Source: Patescibacteria group bacterium
GTDB lineage: Bacteria > Patescibacteriota > Microgenomatia > JAMCYU01
NCBI GenBank assembly: GCA_023473585.1
Contig: JAMCYU010000004.1
Location: forward strand, 1,682-65,681
Reading direction: 5' to 3'
Length of the DNA stretch: 64,000 nt
This document shows positions 1 through 9,873 of the stretch, piece after piece. Position numbers and translations under genes: made by a program. Position 1 is the first letter of the stretch, and each line of letters starts with the position of its first letter. The notes below the pieces were generated by a model that ran no database searches, was not told the origin of the DNA, and saw nothing but the letters and a program-made list of their open reading frames with translations.

Positions 1-32
1 AAATCTTTGGACATAGAATCCAACAGATTATT

Positions 33-893
33 ATGCCAATTTTTGCCATTGCCGAAGGAGATATTATTCCGTTGGGAACAGGATTTATTATTTCTCAAGA
101 CGGATTTATGATAACAGCAAAACATGTTATAGATGAGGTTTTTGAAAAAAGGTTTAAAAGAAGAGACGGAAGTGGAAGGCTTTATAAAAACGTAGAGCCT
201 TATGCGTTATATGTCACTAATGCCAAAAATAAAGACTATCCAGGGAATTTTATCGGTGGTAATTGGCCAATAGACAGAGCATGGTATAAAAACGAATTGG
301 ATATTGCTTATTGTTGGCTTAGACCAGCAATTGTTGATGGACAACCTTTTAAATTTCACTCAAGTTTATCCCTTAGTCCTGGGATACCGAAGATTGGTGA
401 ACATGTATTAGGTTTCGGTTATTATAAAGAACAATCCTTTTTCACAGGTGAAATAATAAAGGGAAGGAAAGTTGTCAGTTATTCTCAAGAAACCGCTTTC
501 ACGCAAGGTTTTGTTAAAGAATCATTTATTCCTCAAAGGGATAATTTTCATATGAATTTTCCATGTTTTCAAACTGATGCAAGATTTGAAGGTGGGATGA
601 GCGGTGGTCCAATCTTCAACGGCTCAACCGGAGGAGTTTGCGGCGTCATTTGTGATTCATTCGGCGAAACTGATGAACACGGCGAATATACCTCGTATGG
701 TTCATTAATTTGGCCGTCATTAGCAATAAACATAGAAACAAAGATGGAAAACGACCCCTCAATTGACAAACTCACAGTTTACGAAATGATTCAGCGCAAA
801 TTTATCAGAGCAGACGATACTTTTAAAAACATTGAGATTGTTAAGAACAAAAACCTCATTTCTATAATACATAAAAATAGCCAGGGTTCTTGA
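33..893 (+). CDS. trypsin-like (chymotrypsin-fold, S1) serine protease with no evident signal peptide
   Basis: Catalytic-triad-like motifs are present in order: TAKHV (His), ELDIAY (Asp) and GGMSGGPIF (GDSGGP-like Ser). The start lies near the window edge. Confidence 0.55.
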   Translation: MPIFAIAEGDIIPLGTGFIISQDGFMITAKHVIDEVFEKRFKRRDGSGRLYKNVEPYALYVTNAKNKDYPGNFIGGNWPIDRAWYKNELDIAYCWLRPAIVDGQPFKFHSSLSLSPGIPKIGEHVLGFGYYKEQSFFTGEIIKGRKVVSYSQETAFTQGFVKESFIPQRDNFHMNFPCFQTDARFEGGMSGGPIFNGSTGGVCGVICDSFGETDEHGEYTSYGSLIWPSLAINIETKMENDPSIDKLTVYEMIQRKFIRADDTFKNIEIVKNKNLISIIHKNSQGS

Positions 894-1043
894 TAAACTT
901 ACCTACCCTTCCCCAGGTTTTTTGTTTATTACCTCTTTATCTTGACTTCGTGGTAAATTCCTGTTAAATTTTCTCTAAAGACTTAAAAAGGAAATAATTC
1001 TTTTGGGGTTATTTGGTTTAGGCTGAAGCTAAAAGATAAGGTT

Positions 1044-2558
1044 CTATCTAAAAGTAATCCCTGGGTCGATGGCCGGATCGAAACTAACTTCGGTTTCTTC
1101 TTTTTTCAAATTATATTTATATATTTTATAGCCGTTGGAAAAAGTTTTTATCGAGATCGGTTTAACCTTGATCTTTACCTGATTTTCAATCCACCAATTT
1201 TCCGTCATATAGGGAAGATCCGGTGGCGGCGGTTGAGCGACCACATAAGTAACCGGCATTTTTTTAAAATAGTGTGCTTTTTTTGGGGAATTCCTGCTTT
1301 GATAATACATGGCGTATTTGCCATCGTAGGCAAACGCATCGGGCGCATAGACGAAATAACCGAATTCGTTTTCTTTCCCCTGAAAGACTGTCTTTGACAT
1401 CTGCTCTAAAAATTTCCAGGAGTAGATGCTCTCCCCAAAGTGCTTAGCGGAGGTGTTTATTTCACTGACGGCGGCTTTTATATTCATGCCCATAATAAAT
1501 AAAAATAATCCGTAGATAATTAATTTATAGCGGGTTGTGATCAGAGAAGCGGCGGCTAATAATAAAAGAGGCGACAAGGGAAAAACGTAAAAATATAAGA
1601 TCGGCCCTTTATCAATAAAACTTAAGACGAAAAAGCCAAAATAAAAATAAAGAACGGAAGTATAAAAAAGTTTATCTTTATTAGCTTTGATCTGAAAGTA
1701 AAGAGCAACCAGAAGGCCAAGGAATAAAAATAAATTAGCCTGACCCAGATTGGTAGTTATAAAATTTACCGTAGAAAAAGCAAAATCCATCCGATTATTA
1801 ATTAAACCTAAATAATTAAAGATTTGATTATTGCTCTTTGGGGAGATAAATTCCAATATCCGGCGAAAAATTAAGAAATCGTGTCTCAAATCAAAAATAA
1901 TAAAATTCGAAAGCATTAAAGGGATGACGGCATAAGCCAAAAGATGATTCAGCTTTTTCTTCTTAATAACGGTCATAAGGATTATCGGGAACGAAAGAAT
2001 AACAATTGGAGTCCCAATCGCAATTTCGATATTGGTTATGGCGCCGATCGTCAATAAAAAAAAGATCAGGAATTTTACTTTCAAAGTCTTTAAGTATTTA
2101 ACAAAAAAATAAAGATAAAGAGGAACAAGAACCATGGCTCCATGGGGATTGATCATAAATTTAGTATAGGAAGCAAAATACAGGGTAGCCCATGAAGTAA
2201 ACACTAAGGCGACTTTTTGTCCAAACAAATCATCGGCCACCAAAAAGCAAATTAAGGTAAAAATAGCCCATAACAAAACCCAGTTCCAACCGACAGTGAT
2301 CGGGTTTCCCTGCCCCAGTGCGAAAGCCGGGTAATTCATATAAAGCCATAACGGACCGTGGAAAAGATTACCGCTGGCTCGGGGCCCGATTAAAACGAAT
2401 TTTTTTTCATCAATTTCACGAAGCAAATTAAAATCCCTGGCACTGTCTGCCTGAAAACTGATATCACCGTGAGAAACATACCAAGAGGCGTAAATAAAGC
2501 TTATTATTAAGACGAAGAAAAAAAGAATTTTTAAGGAATTTGCTTTTAAAAAATTCAT
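1044..2558 (-). CDS. polytopic membrane protein, putative GT-C-type glycosyltransferase (ArnT/PMT-like)
   Basis: 504 aa with more than 10 predicted TM helices. The hydrophobic N-terminal two-thirds and soluble C-terminal domain are typical of GT39/83-like proteins. Confidence 0.4.
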   Translation of the reverse strand: MNFLKANSLKILFFFVLIISFIYASWYVSHGDISFQADSARDFNLLREIDEKKFVLIGPRASGNLFHGPLWLYMNYPAFALGQGNPITVGWNWVLLWAIFTLICFLVADDLFGQKVALVFTSWATLYFASYTKFMINPHGAMVLVPLYLYFFVKYLKTLKVKFLIFFLLTIGAITNIEIAIGTPIVILSFPIILMTVIKKKKLNHLLAYAVIPLMLSNFIIFDLRHDFLIFRRILEFISPKSNNQIFNYLGLINNRMDFAFSTVNFITTNLGQANLFLFLGLLVALYFQIKANKDKLFYTSVLYFYFGFFVLSFIDKGPILYFYVFPLSPLLLLAAASLITTRYKLIIYGLFLFIMGMNIKAAVSEINTSAKHFGESIYSWKFLEQMSKTVFQGKENEFGYFVYAPDAFAYDGKYAMYYQSRNSPKKAHYFKKMPVTYVVAQPPPPDLPYMTENWWIENQVKIKVKPISIKTFSNGYKIYKYNLKKEETEVSFDPAIDPGITFR

Positions 2559-2573
2559 AAATTGGTAAACAAA

Positions 2574-3176
2574 TTATATCATGTCAGAAGGAGAAGATAA
2601 TTCCTTAGAGGAGGAAATTCTTTTTATTAATTCATCGTTTTGGTTTCTTTCTTTTGAGGAATACGGGATGACTTCGGAATTTTGACAGTCACTTCGTATT
2701 TTCGCCAACTGTTTTTGTTTTTGACCAATCTTTAATTTATCCACTTTATTGGCCACAATCAGATGATCGATCTTGTATTCCCGGAAGGTTTTGACCATAT
2801 CTAAATCGTAAGGGGTCATTCCGACTTTGGCGTCAATAACAAGAACGACAAGCCTCTTTTTTACCCCCGAATACATGAGATACCACAGGATCATTTTCGC
2901 CAGTTTTTCCCTTCGATCTTGGGAGTGTTTGGCATAGCCGTAGCCGGGAAAATCGACAAAGTAAAAAGAGCCGTTGATCAGGAAAAAATCCATCCTGATG
3001 GTTTTGCCCGGAGACGAGCTTGAACGGGCCAGATTTTTTCGCATCACCAGTGAATTAATGAGAGTGGATTTGCCGGTATTTGATCTTCCCATTAAAGCGA
3101 CCTGGAATTTCCCATCATATAAGATTTCGTCGGTCCCGCTAATGCCCTTGACAAAAACGGCTGATTTTATTTTCAT
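2574..3176 (-). CDS. engB: ribosome-biogenesis GTPase EngB/YsxC
   Basis: G1 motif GRSNTGKSTLINSL and the typical length (200 aa). Confidence 0.8.
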   Translation of the reverse strand: MKIKSAVFVKGISGTDEILYDGKFQVALMGRSNTGKSTLINSLVMRKNLARSSSSPGKTIRMDFFLINGSFYFVDFPGYGYAKHSQDRREKLAKMILWYLMYSGVKKRLVVLVIDAKVGMTPYDLDMVKTFREYKIDHLIVANKVDKLKIGQKQKQLAKIRSDCQNSEVIPYSSKERNQNDELIKRISSSKELSSPSDMI

Positions 3177-3318
3177 CTTTGGAGATTATAACATTTTCTT
3201 CATTTGTGATAGAATGACTTATTCATGAAAAAATTGTTGGCCAAAATCAAAGCTTTAATCGAAAATTTTATCATTAAGTACTAGAAGCTGCGGCTTGAAA
3301 AACCGCAACTTTATGAAT

Positions 3319-3346
3319 CGTCCTTTAACTAGAGGACGATTTTTTG
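3319..3346 (+). terminator. hairpin plus T-run in the ileS 5' leader (possible attenuator)
   Basis: cgtcct-ttaactag-aggacg followed by atttttt, 18 nt upstream of the ileS SD/ATG. Only the + strand has the T-tract. Confidence 0.3.
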
Positions 3347-3363
3347 TACAATAAGGGAAGATC

Positions 3364-6183
3364 ATGTTTAAAAGTGTTTCGTCAAAAGTTAATTTCCCCA
3401 AGCTTGAGGAAGAAATTCTTGAGTTTTGGCAGGAAAACCAAATTTTTGAAAAATCCATAAAGCTTCGGCCGGAAAACAAAACCTGGACTTTTTTGGACGG
3501 TCCGCCTTTTATTACCGGCTTGCCCCACTACGGCAGTTTACTTTCCAGTATCCCCAAAGATGTTTTCCCCCGTTATTGGACGATGAAAGGCTATCGGGTA
3601 AGAAGGGTTTGGGGCTGGGATTGTCACGGTTTGCCGGCGGAAAATAAAGTCGAAGAGAAATTAAAGATTAAAAGAAAACGGGACATTGAAGAAAAAGTCG
3701 GGGTCAAAAAATTCATTGACGAGTGCAAAAGTTATGTTCAAAATGTTTCTCATGATTGGGAATGGTACGTTGACCATATCGGCCGCTGGGTTGATTTTCG
3801 TCATGCCTATAAGACCATGGATTTGTCATACATGGAAACGGTGATGTGGGTTTTTCAGCAAATGTATAAGAAGGGTTATGTCTATAAGGGCTTGCGCATT
3901 TCTTTATATTGTCCTCATTGCGTGACGCCGATTTCCAATTTTGAAGTCGCCATGGATGCCGATAATTACAAAGACCTTACTGAACCAACCGCGGTTTTCA
4001 AATACGAGTTGCAAGATCAAAAAGACACCTATTTTTTAGCCTGGTCAACGACACCCTGGAATAAAATTGCGACCATGGCTTTGGCCGTTAACCCAAAACT
4101 TAAATACGTTAAGGTTAAACAGGGTCAGGAAAAATATATTCTGGCCAAAGAGACAATGGCGATTTTGAAGGATGAGACCTACGAAATTCTTGAAGAGTTT
4201 GAGGGCACCAAGCTTCTTGAGCAAAAATTTGTGCCGCATTACGATTTTTATCCCATCAAAAAAGACAAAAAAGCTTTTCTGGTTTTGGGCGGGGATTTTG
4301 TGACGGCGAATGAGGGGACGGGCATTGTGACGATTGCCGCTTACGGCGAGGAAGACTTAAGCCTTATGCTTAAGGAGAACGTCCAAATTGTTCTGCATGT
4401 TGACGAGGAAGGGATCGTGAAAAAAGAGGTGCCGAAATGGGCCGGGAGGTACTACTTGGACGTTGATCCTTTGGTCGTTGAAGATCTAAAATCCCGAAAT
4501 CTTATCTATCGCGTTGACCATTATACTCATAGTATCCCAACGTGTTGGCGCTGTCACACGCGTCTTCTTTATGTTCCCCAAAACGCCTGGTATGTCAACA
4601 TCGCGAAACTTAAAGGCAGGATGAAAAAAACCAATGAGTCGGTTAACTGGTTTCCGAAGCATTTTAAGTACGGCCGTTATCTTAAGAGTTTAGAAATGGC
4701 TCCTGACTGGTGTATTTCCCGGAGCCGTTATTGGGGTTCGCCGGTGCCTGTCTGGGAATGCGTTTGCGGGGAGCGTTTTGTTCCCGGTTCGATTGCCGAA
4801 CTGGAAAAAGCTTCGGGCGTTAAAATCAAAGACCTTCATAAACCCTTAATTGACGAAGTTACCGTTCCCTGTCAAAAATGCGGTCAAAAAGCCAAGCGCG
4901 TGCCCGAGGTTTTGGACAGCTGGATTGAAGCCGGGTCAGCCTCTTTTGCCGAGCGTCATTATCCTTTTAACAAAGAGATTAAACTGGAGGATTTTTTCCC
5001 GCCGGATTTTATTGTTGAATATACCGGTCAAATAAGAGCCTGGTTTTACGTTCTCCATGTCATCGCCACGGCTCTTTTTGATTCTGTGGCCTTTAAAAAT
5101 GTCGTTGTCACCGGCGTTATTTTAGGGACCGACGGCCGGAAAATGAGTAAAAACTACGGTAATTATCCTGACCCTAAAGAAATGCTGACGAATTTCGGGG
5201 CAGACGCCCTGCGTTTGTATCTTATGGGCAGTCCGGTTATGAAAGGCGAGGATATCAGAATTTCCGCGGAAGAATATCGGGATCAAGTCCGGGGTTTAAT
5301 GCTGATTTTATGGAATGTTTACAGCTTTTTTATAAGTTATGCCAATCTTGACAAGTGGTTTCCTGTAAAAACAAAATTTTCCGTAAAAGCTGATAATGTT
5401 TTAGACCAGTGGATTCTTCGTCTTCTTAATAGTTTAATCAGTAATCTAACCAAGGATTTGGAATCATACAACACTGTTTCGGCGGTTCACGAAATTGAAA
5501 TTTTTGTCGCTAACCTTTCGACCTGGTATTTAAGGCGTTCAAGGGACAGAGTCGGCCCTGCGGCTCATGAAAAAGACGATAAAAGGGCTTTTTACGAAAC
5601 TCTTTATGAAGTCTTGGTGACTTTAGCCAAATTAATGGCTCCTCTGACGCCCTTTTTAGCTGAAGAGATCTATAAGAATTTAACCGGGGAGGAGTCGGTT
5701 CATTTAAAAGACTGGCCCTCCTTCGCTCAAGCTTCGGAAGGGCAAGCCCCATTGATTTCTAATATGGACTTGGTCCGGAAGATTTGTGAATTGGGACACG
5801 CCGAAAGAAAAAAGCTGGGGATTAAAGTGAGACAGCCGCTTGGCCAATGCCAAGTCGTAGATGCCGAATTGCCGATCGCCGGTGATTTACAGCAACTTAT
5901 CAGGGACGAATTGAACGTTAAAGAGATTGTCATCAAGGTCGGCAAGGGGGAATTAAGAGTCGAGTTAGATTCAGAAATAACCCCGGAACTTAAGGCCGAA
6001 GGAGAAGCCAGGGATTTTATCCGCCAAATTCAGGAATTAAGAAAGGAAAAAAATTGCCGGATTGATGAAGAAATCACCATTTATGCTCCGTCATGGCCGA
6101 AAGAATACGAAGCTTATATTAAAGAGCAAACTTTAGCGAAAAAAATCGTATGCTCAGAATTTTTAAAAATCTCGACTGGTTAA
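3364..6183 (+). CDS. ileS: isoleucyl-tRNA synthetase, type 2 (eukaryote/archaeal-like)
   Basis: PPFITGLPHYG (HIGH-region variant of type-2 IleRS) and the KMSKN motif; 939 aa. Confidence 0.9.
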   Translation: MFKSVSSKVNFPKLEEEILEFWQENQIFEKSIKLRPENKTWTFLDGPPFITGLPHYGSLLSSIPKDVFPRYWTMKGYRVRRVWGWDCHGLPAENKVEEKLKIKRKRDIEEKVGVKKFIDECKSYVQNVSHDWEWYVDHIGRWVDFRHAYKTMDLSYMETVMWVFQQMYKKGYVYKGLRISLYCPHCVTPISNFEVAMDADNYKDLTEPTAVFKYELQDQKDTYFLAWSTTPWNKIATMALAVNPKLKYVKVKQGQEKYILAKETMAILKDETYEILEEFEGTKLLEQKFVPHYDFYPIKKDKKAFLVLGGDFVTANEGTGIVTIAAYGEEDLSLMLKENVQIVLHVDEEGIVKKEVPKWAGRYYLDVDPLVVEDLKSRNLIYRVDHYTHSIPTCWRCHTRLLYVPQNAWYVNIAKLKGRMKKTNESVNWFPKHFKYGRYLKSLEMAPDWCISRSRYWGSPVPVWECVCGERFVPGSIAELEKASGVKIKDLHKPLIDEVTVPCQKCGQKAKRVPEVLDSWIEAGSASFAERHYPFNKEIKLEDFFPPDFIVEYTGQIRAWFYVLHVIATALFDSVAFKNVVVTGVILGTDGRKMSKNYGNYPDPKEMLTNFGADALRLYLMGSPVMKGEDIRISAEEYRDQVRGLMLILWNVYSFFISYANLDKWFPVKTKFSVKADNVLDQWILRLLNSLISNLTKDLESYNTVSAVHEIEIFVANLSTWYLRRSRDRVGPAAHEKDDKRAFYETLYEVLVTLAKLMAPLTPFLAEEIYKNLTGEESVHLKDWPSFAQASEGQAPLISNMDLVRKICELGHAERKKLGIKVRQPLGQCQVVDAELPIAGDLQQLIRDELNVKEIVIKVGKGELRVELDSEITPELKAEGEARDFIRQIQELRKEKNCRIDEEITIYAPSWPKEYEAYIKEQTLAKKIVCSEFLKISTG

Positions 6184-7253
6184 TTTTTCTGCCGATCATT
6201 TTTTTGGGAGGTTTTTCCTTAAGTCTTTTAGCCTCTCCGGGAGAGAATCTTTTTCTTTCGCAATTGGTTTTTTTCGTTGTCGGGCTTTTCTTTTTTTTCC
6301 TTTTTTCGCAAATTGATTGGCAGCTCTATAAGAGCCTTTCTAATCTTCTTTATCTTTTATCCCTGTTTTTGTTGCTGATAACCTTTTTGGGGCCGCAAGT
6401 TCGGGGAGCGACCCGTTGGATTGATCTTTTTGGTTTTCGTTGGCAGCCTTCGGAAATGATTAAACCTTTAATGGCGGTTGTGATCGCTAATTTTTTTGCC
6501 GAGAACGAACCGCGCGATCTAAAAACCATTTTTTGGGGTTTATTATTTTTAGTGCCCCCGCTTTTTTTTATTTTTCGCCAACCCGATTTGGGGAATGCGA
6601 TTATCTTGTCGGGAGTTTGGCTGGGGATTGTCTACTCGGCCGGTCTTCCCTTTCATTTAGGCTTATTGGGGCTTTTTACCTTTTTTTTCTTTCTGCCTTT
6701 TGGTTGGTTTATCTTAAGAGATTATCAGAAAGCCAGGATTGTGCATTTTTTAAATCCGTTTTTGGATCCCGGCGGGGCAGGGTACAACAGTATTCAGGCG
6801 ATGATTGCCGTAGGCAGCGGTCAATTTTTCGGCCGGGGATTGGGTCAGGGAACACAATCACATCTTTTATTTTTACCGGAATACCACACTGATTTTATTT
6901 TTGCCTCTCTGGTTGAGGAGTTAGGCTTTATCGGCGGGTTCTTGGTGATTTTAGCTTACGCTGTTTTACTTTTCAGAATTTTACAAATTGCCAGGCAGAT
7001 TCATGATCCTTTCGCCTCCCTGCTTTTGGTCGGTATTTTTTCCCAGATTGCCCTGCAGGTTTTTATCAATATCGGCATGAATCTAGGGATTATTCCGATT
7101 ACCGGGATTACACTCCCGCTTTTATCTTATGGGGGCAGTTCGGTTCTTTCCATGATGATAACTTTGGGGATTGTCGCTAATGTTTCCAAAAGCATCAGGA
7201 AAAATCGCGCTCTTGATATTTTACCCTCTCTTCGATATAATGAGCTATCCTAA
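6150..7253 (+). CDS. SEDS-family peptidoglycan glycosyltransferase (FtsW/RodA/SpoVE)
   Basis: Polytopic protein with the conserved C-terminal motif NSIQAMIAVGSGQFFGRGLGQG...LPEYHTDFIFA. Confidence 0.85.
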   Translation: MLRIFKNLDWLIFLPIIFLGGFSLSLLASPGENLFLSQLVFFVVGLFFFFLFSQIDWQLYKSLSNLLYLLSLFLLLITFLGPQVRGATRWIDLFGFRWQPSEMIKPLMAVVIANFFAENEPRDLKTIFWGLLFLVPPLFFIFRQPDLGNAIILSGVWLGIVYSAGLPFHLGLLGLFTFFFFLPFGWFILRDYQKARIVHFLNPFLDPGGAGYNSIQAMIAVGSGQFFGRGLGQGTQSHLLFLPEYHTDFIFASLVEELGFIGGFLVILAYAVLLFRILQIARQIHDPFASLLLVGIFSQIALQVFINIGMNLGIIPITGITLPLLSYGGSSVLSMMITLGIVANVSKSIRKNRALDILPSLRYNELS

Positions 7254-7274
7254 AAAGGAGTCAAAGCTTATCTT

Positions 7275-7643
7275 ATGTATGCAGTTATCAAAACCGGCGG
7301 CAAACAATATAAGGTTTCTGAAGGCGAAATCTTAGAAATTGATAAAATTGAAGGTAAGAAAGATCAAAAAATTGATTTTAGCGACGTTTTGCTCGTTGCG
7401 GACGGCGACAAAGTCGAAATTGGTCAACCAATGGTTCCGGAAGCGAAAGTGACGGCGAAAATTATCGATCAGGTTCAGGGAGAAAAAATTCGGGTGGCCC
7501 GCTTTAAATCAAAAGTCAGATACCGAAAAGTCAAAGGTTTTCGTGCTCAATTAACCAAAGTTCAAATCGAAAAGATCGAGACTTCAAAAGCGCAAAAGAC
7601 CAGCGACCGACCACGGAAAAAATCCAGCAAAAAGAATGGCTGA
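7275..7643 (+). CDS. rplU: 50S ribosomal protein L21
   Basis: MYAVIKTGGKQYKVSEGE N-terminus. Confidence 0.9.
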   Translation: MYAVIKTGGKQYKVSEGEILEIDKIEGKKDQKIDFSDVLLVADGDKVEIGQPMVPEAKVTAKIIDQVQGEKIRVARFKSKVRYRKVKGFRAQLTKVQIEKIETSKAQKTSDRPRKKSSKKNG

Positions 7644-8811
7644 ATACATTTTTGTTCTTGGGAGAACCGGCGATCTTTGTCGTTGGGAGTTGGTCAGTGT
7701 TCTCGCCAGAAAGAAAATCTCCTACCAGACGATTTTCTCGTCTTCGGACATTTTTCATCTTTCCACCACCACACCTCTTGATTTAGGGGTACTTATGGGG
7801 ATACTTGGGGGAACGGTTAAAATTGCCGAAGTCTTCGGTAAAATTGAAAATTCTAACGAGAACTCTTTGATTGACAAAATAATCTCTCATTTTCAAGAAA
7901 CGGAAGAAAGGAAAATTATTTTTGGTTTAAGCGGCTATCAGACTGTCAGCTTTCATGTTTTAAAACAATGGAACAAAAGCGTTAAGGAAGGATTGGAAGA
8001 ATTAAATTTAATAGCTAGATATCTTTTGCCTACCGAGGGGACAACTCTTTCTTCGGTGGTTCTGAAGAAACAAAAAGCCAGAGAAATTCTTGTGGTTGGG
8101 GAGGGCGAAAATTTTGTTTTGGCCCAAACTTTGGCGATTACGGATTTTGAAGATTGGGGGAAGAGGGATTTCGGCCGGCCCGCCGTTGATCCCGGCCACG
8201 GCATGTTGCCTCTTAAGGTGGCCCGGATGATGATTAATCTGGGCGGCTCGGAATTTCACGTTCCGAATTCGGAATTATCCCTTCTTGATCCCTTTTGCGG
8301 GGTAGGGACGATTTTACAAGAAGCCATGTTTTTGGGCTTTAAAGTTTTAGGCAGCGATCAAAGTCGAGAAGCTTTGGAAAAAACAAGAAAAAACCTCGAT
8401 TTTTTAAAAAATAATTTTAAACTTCAAAATCCAAACGATCAGCTTTTTCAACTGGAAGCGACCCAATTAACTCAAAAAATACCGAAAGAGTCAATTGACC
8501 TTATTGTTACCGAGCCTTATTTGGGACCGATGGAGGGGGAAACTCAAAACCTAAAAAATATCATTTTGGGTTTAGAAAAACTTTATCTTGGTTGTTTCCG
8601 CGAGTGGCTGTCCCTTTTGACAAATGATGGCAAAATCGTCATCGCTTTGCCTTCTTTTAAAGTCGGCAACCAGCAAATTTTCGTGAAAAAACCCATTGAC
8701 ATCTGTGAAACCTTGGGCTATACTCTTTTCGCCGGACCGTATCCGTATAGTCGGCCACAGGCTAGAGTTATTAGAAATATTTATATCTTAAAAAAACATG
8801 GCTCACATTAA
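7636..8811 (+). CDS. THUMP-MTase-like SAM-dependent RNA methyltransferase (Trm11/RlmL-like, UPF0020)
   Basis: N-terminus [14 protein letters not shown] resembles the UPF0020/Trm11 start. C-terminal MTase motifs LDPFCGVGT and [10 protein letters not shown] (a DPPY-type motif IV). It sits between rplU and rpmA. Confidence 0.5.
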   Translation: MAEYIFVLGRTGDLCRWELVSVLARKKISYQTIFSSSDIFHLSTTTPLDLGVLMGILGGTVKIAEVFGKIENSNENSLIDKIISHFQETEERKIIFGLSGYQTVSFHVLKQWNKSVKEGLEELNLIARYLLPTEGTTLSSVVLKKQKAREILVVGEGENFVLAQTLAITDFEDWGKRDFGRPAVDPGHGMLPLKVARMMINLGGSEFHVPNSELSLLDPFCGVGTILQEAMFLGFKVLGSDQSREALEKTRKNLDFLKNNFKLQNPNDQLFQLEATQLTQKIPKESIDLIVTEPYLGPMEGETQNLKNIILGLEKLYLGCFREWLSLLTNDGKIVIALPSFKVGNQQIFVKKPIDICETLGYTLFAGPYPYSRPQARVIRNIYILKKHGSH

Positions 8812-9043
8812 ATCAGGCGGCACAACTAAAGGTAATCGTGATTCAATCGCCAAACGTTTGGGCGTTAAGGTTTATGCCGGCGAAAAAGTCATTTCCGGAA
8901 ACATCATCGTGAGACAAAGAGGCACCAGATTTCATCCGGGAGAAGGCGTTGACATGGGTAAAGATCATACTATTTTTGCCGTCAAAGAAGGCACGGTTAA
9001 ATTTACACAAAAAAACGAAGACAAGTTTATTTCCGTAGTTTAA
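8798..9043 (+). CDS. rpmA: 50S ribosomal protein L27
   Basis: [17 protein letters not shown]-terminus. Confidence 0.9.
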   Translation: MAHIKSGGTTKGNRDSIAKRLGVKVYAGEKVISGNIIVRQRGTRFHPGEGVDMGKDHTIFAVKEGTVKFTQKNEDKFISVV

Positions 9044-9060
9044 AGAAAGAGAAGTAATTT

Positions 9061-9873
9061 ATGGCCGACGAACCGACTACCGAACTGGAAATTAATCTTT
9101 TGGAACCAAATCCTCTTCAGGCGCGCGCTGTTTTTACGCAAGAATCTTTGGAAGAATTAAGCAGTTCGATTAAAGAGCACGGCGTTTTGGAACCCATAAT
9201 CGTGGCTAAAACCCCAGCCGGTTATCAGATTATTGCCGGTGAAAGACGCTGGCGGGCCTCGAAATTAGCCGGTTTAAAAAAAGTCCCCGTGGTTATTAAA
9301 GAAACGACCAGCAAAGGGATGCTCGAGATGGCTTTGGTTGAAAACGTGCAACGAGAAGACTTAAATCCGATTGACCGAGGTCAAGCCTTTCAAAGGTTAA
9401 TTGATGAATTCGGCTTGCCGGTTTCGGAAGTCGCCAAGAGAATCGGGAAGAGCGAATCCTATGTTTCCAACACGATGAGACTTCTGAATTTGCCCGACGC
9501 GATTAAGGATGGTTTAATTTCCGGAGCAACGACCGAAGGACACGCGCGAGCGATCTCCGGTTTGGGCGAGACGAAATTAATGGTTGAGGCTTACAAGATT
9601 TTATTGTCGGAAAACGCTTCGGTTCGAAGAGCCGAAGAATTGGCTCGAAAAATGAAGGCCCAAAATTCTCAAGGTCCACGGGGAGTGACGGCCAAGATTT
9701 ACAGCGATGAATTAGAAAAAATGGAACAGGACATTACCGCCAAAATTGACGGAAAAACCAAAGTGAAAATTACGCAATCAAGCACCAGTGCCCGGTTGGT
9801 TATTGTGATCACCGAAAACAGAGTTAAAACAACGGAGCTTCTTCGGGATATTCACCGGAAATTAACTTCTTAA
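9061..9873 (+). CDS. parB: ParB/Spo0J-family partition protein
   Basis: ParB box IIAGERRWRASKLAGL and an HTH region. Confidence 0.8.
   Translation: MADEPTTELEINLLEPNPLQARAVFTQESLEELSSSIKEHGVLEPIIVAKTPAGYQIIAGERRWRASKLAGLKKVPVVIKETTSKGMLEMALVENVQREDLNPIDRGQAFQRLIDEFGLPVSEVAKRIGKSESYVSNTMRLLNLPDAIKDGLISGATTEGHARAISGLGETKLMVEAYKILLSENASVRRAEELARKMKAQNSQGPRGVTAKIYSDELEKMEQDITAKIDGKTKVKITQSSTSARLVIVITENRVKTTELLRDIHRKLTS

Noticed and set aside
3176-3363. T-box riboswitch upstream of ileS
   Set aside because: The leader is only about 190 nt and I could not find the conserved T-box sequence (AATTAGGGTGGNACCGCG-like) or specifier-loop architecture. It is retained only as a simple attenuator-like hairpin.
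4045-5945. Multiple 60-80 aa antisense ORFs inside ileS (4045..4239, 5510..5752, 5727..5945) and similar ones inside dnaE, atpA, argG, the amidohydrolase and pyrG
   Set aside because: They are embedded antisense in long, well-supported genes, with no RBS or domain signal. These are typical shadow ORFs.
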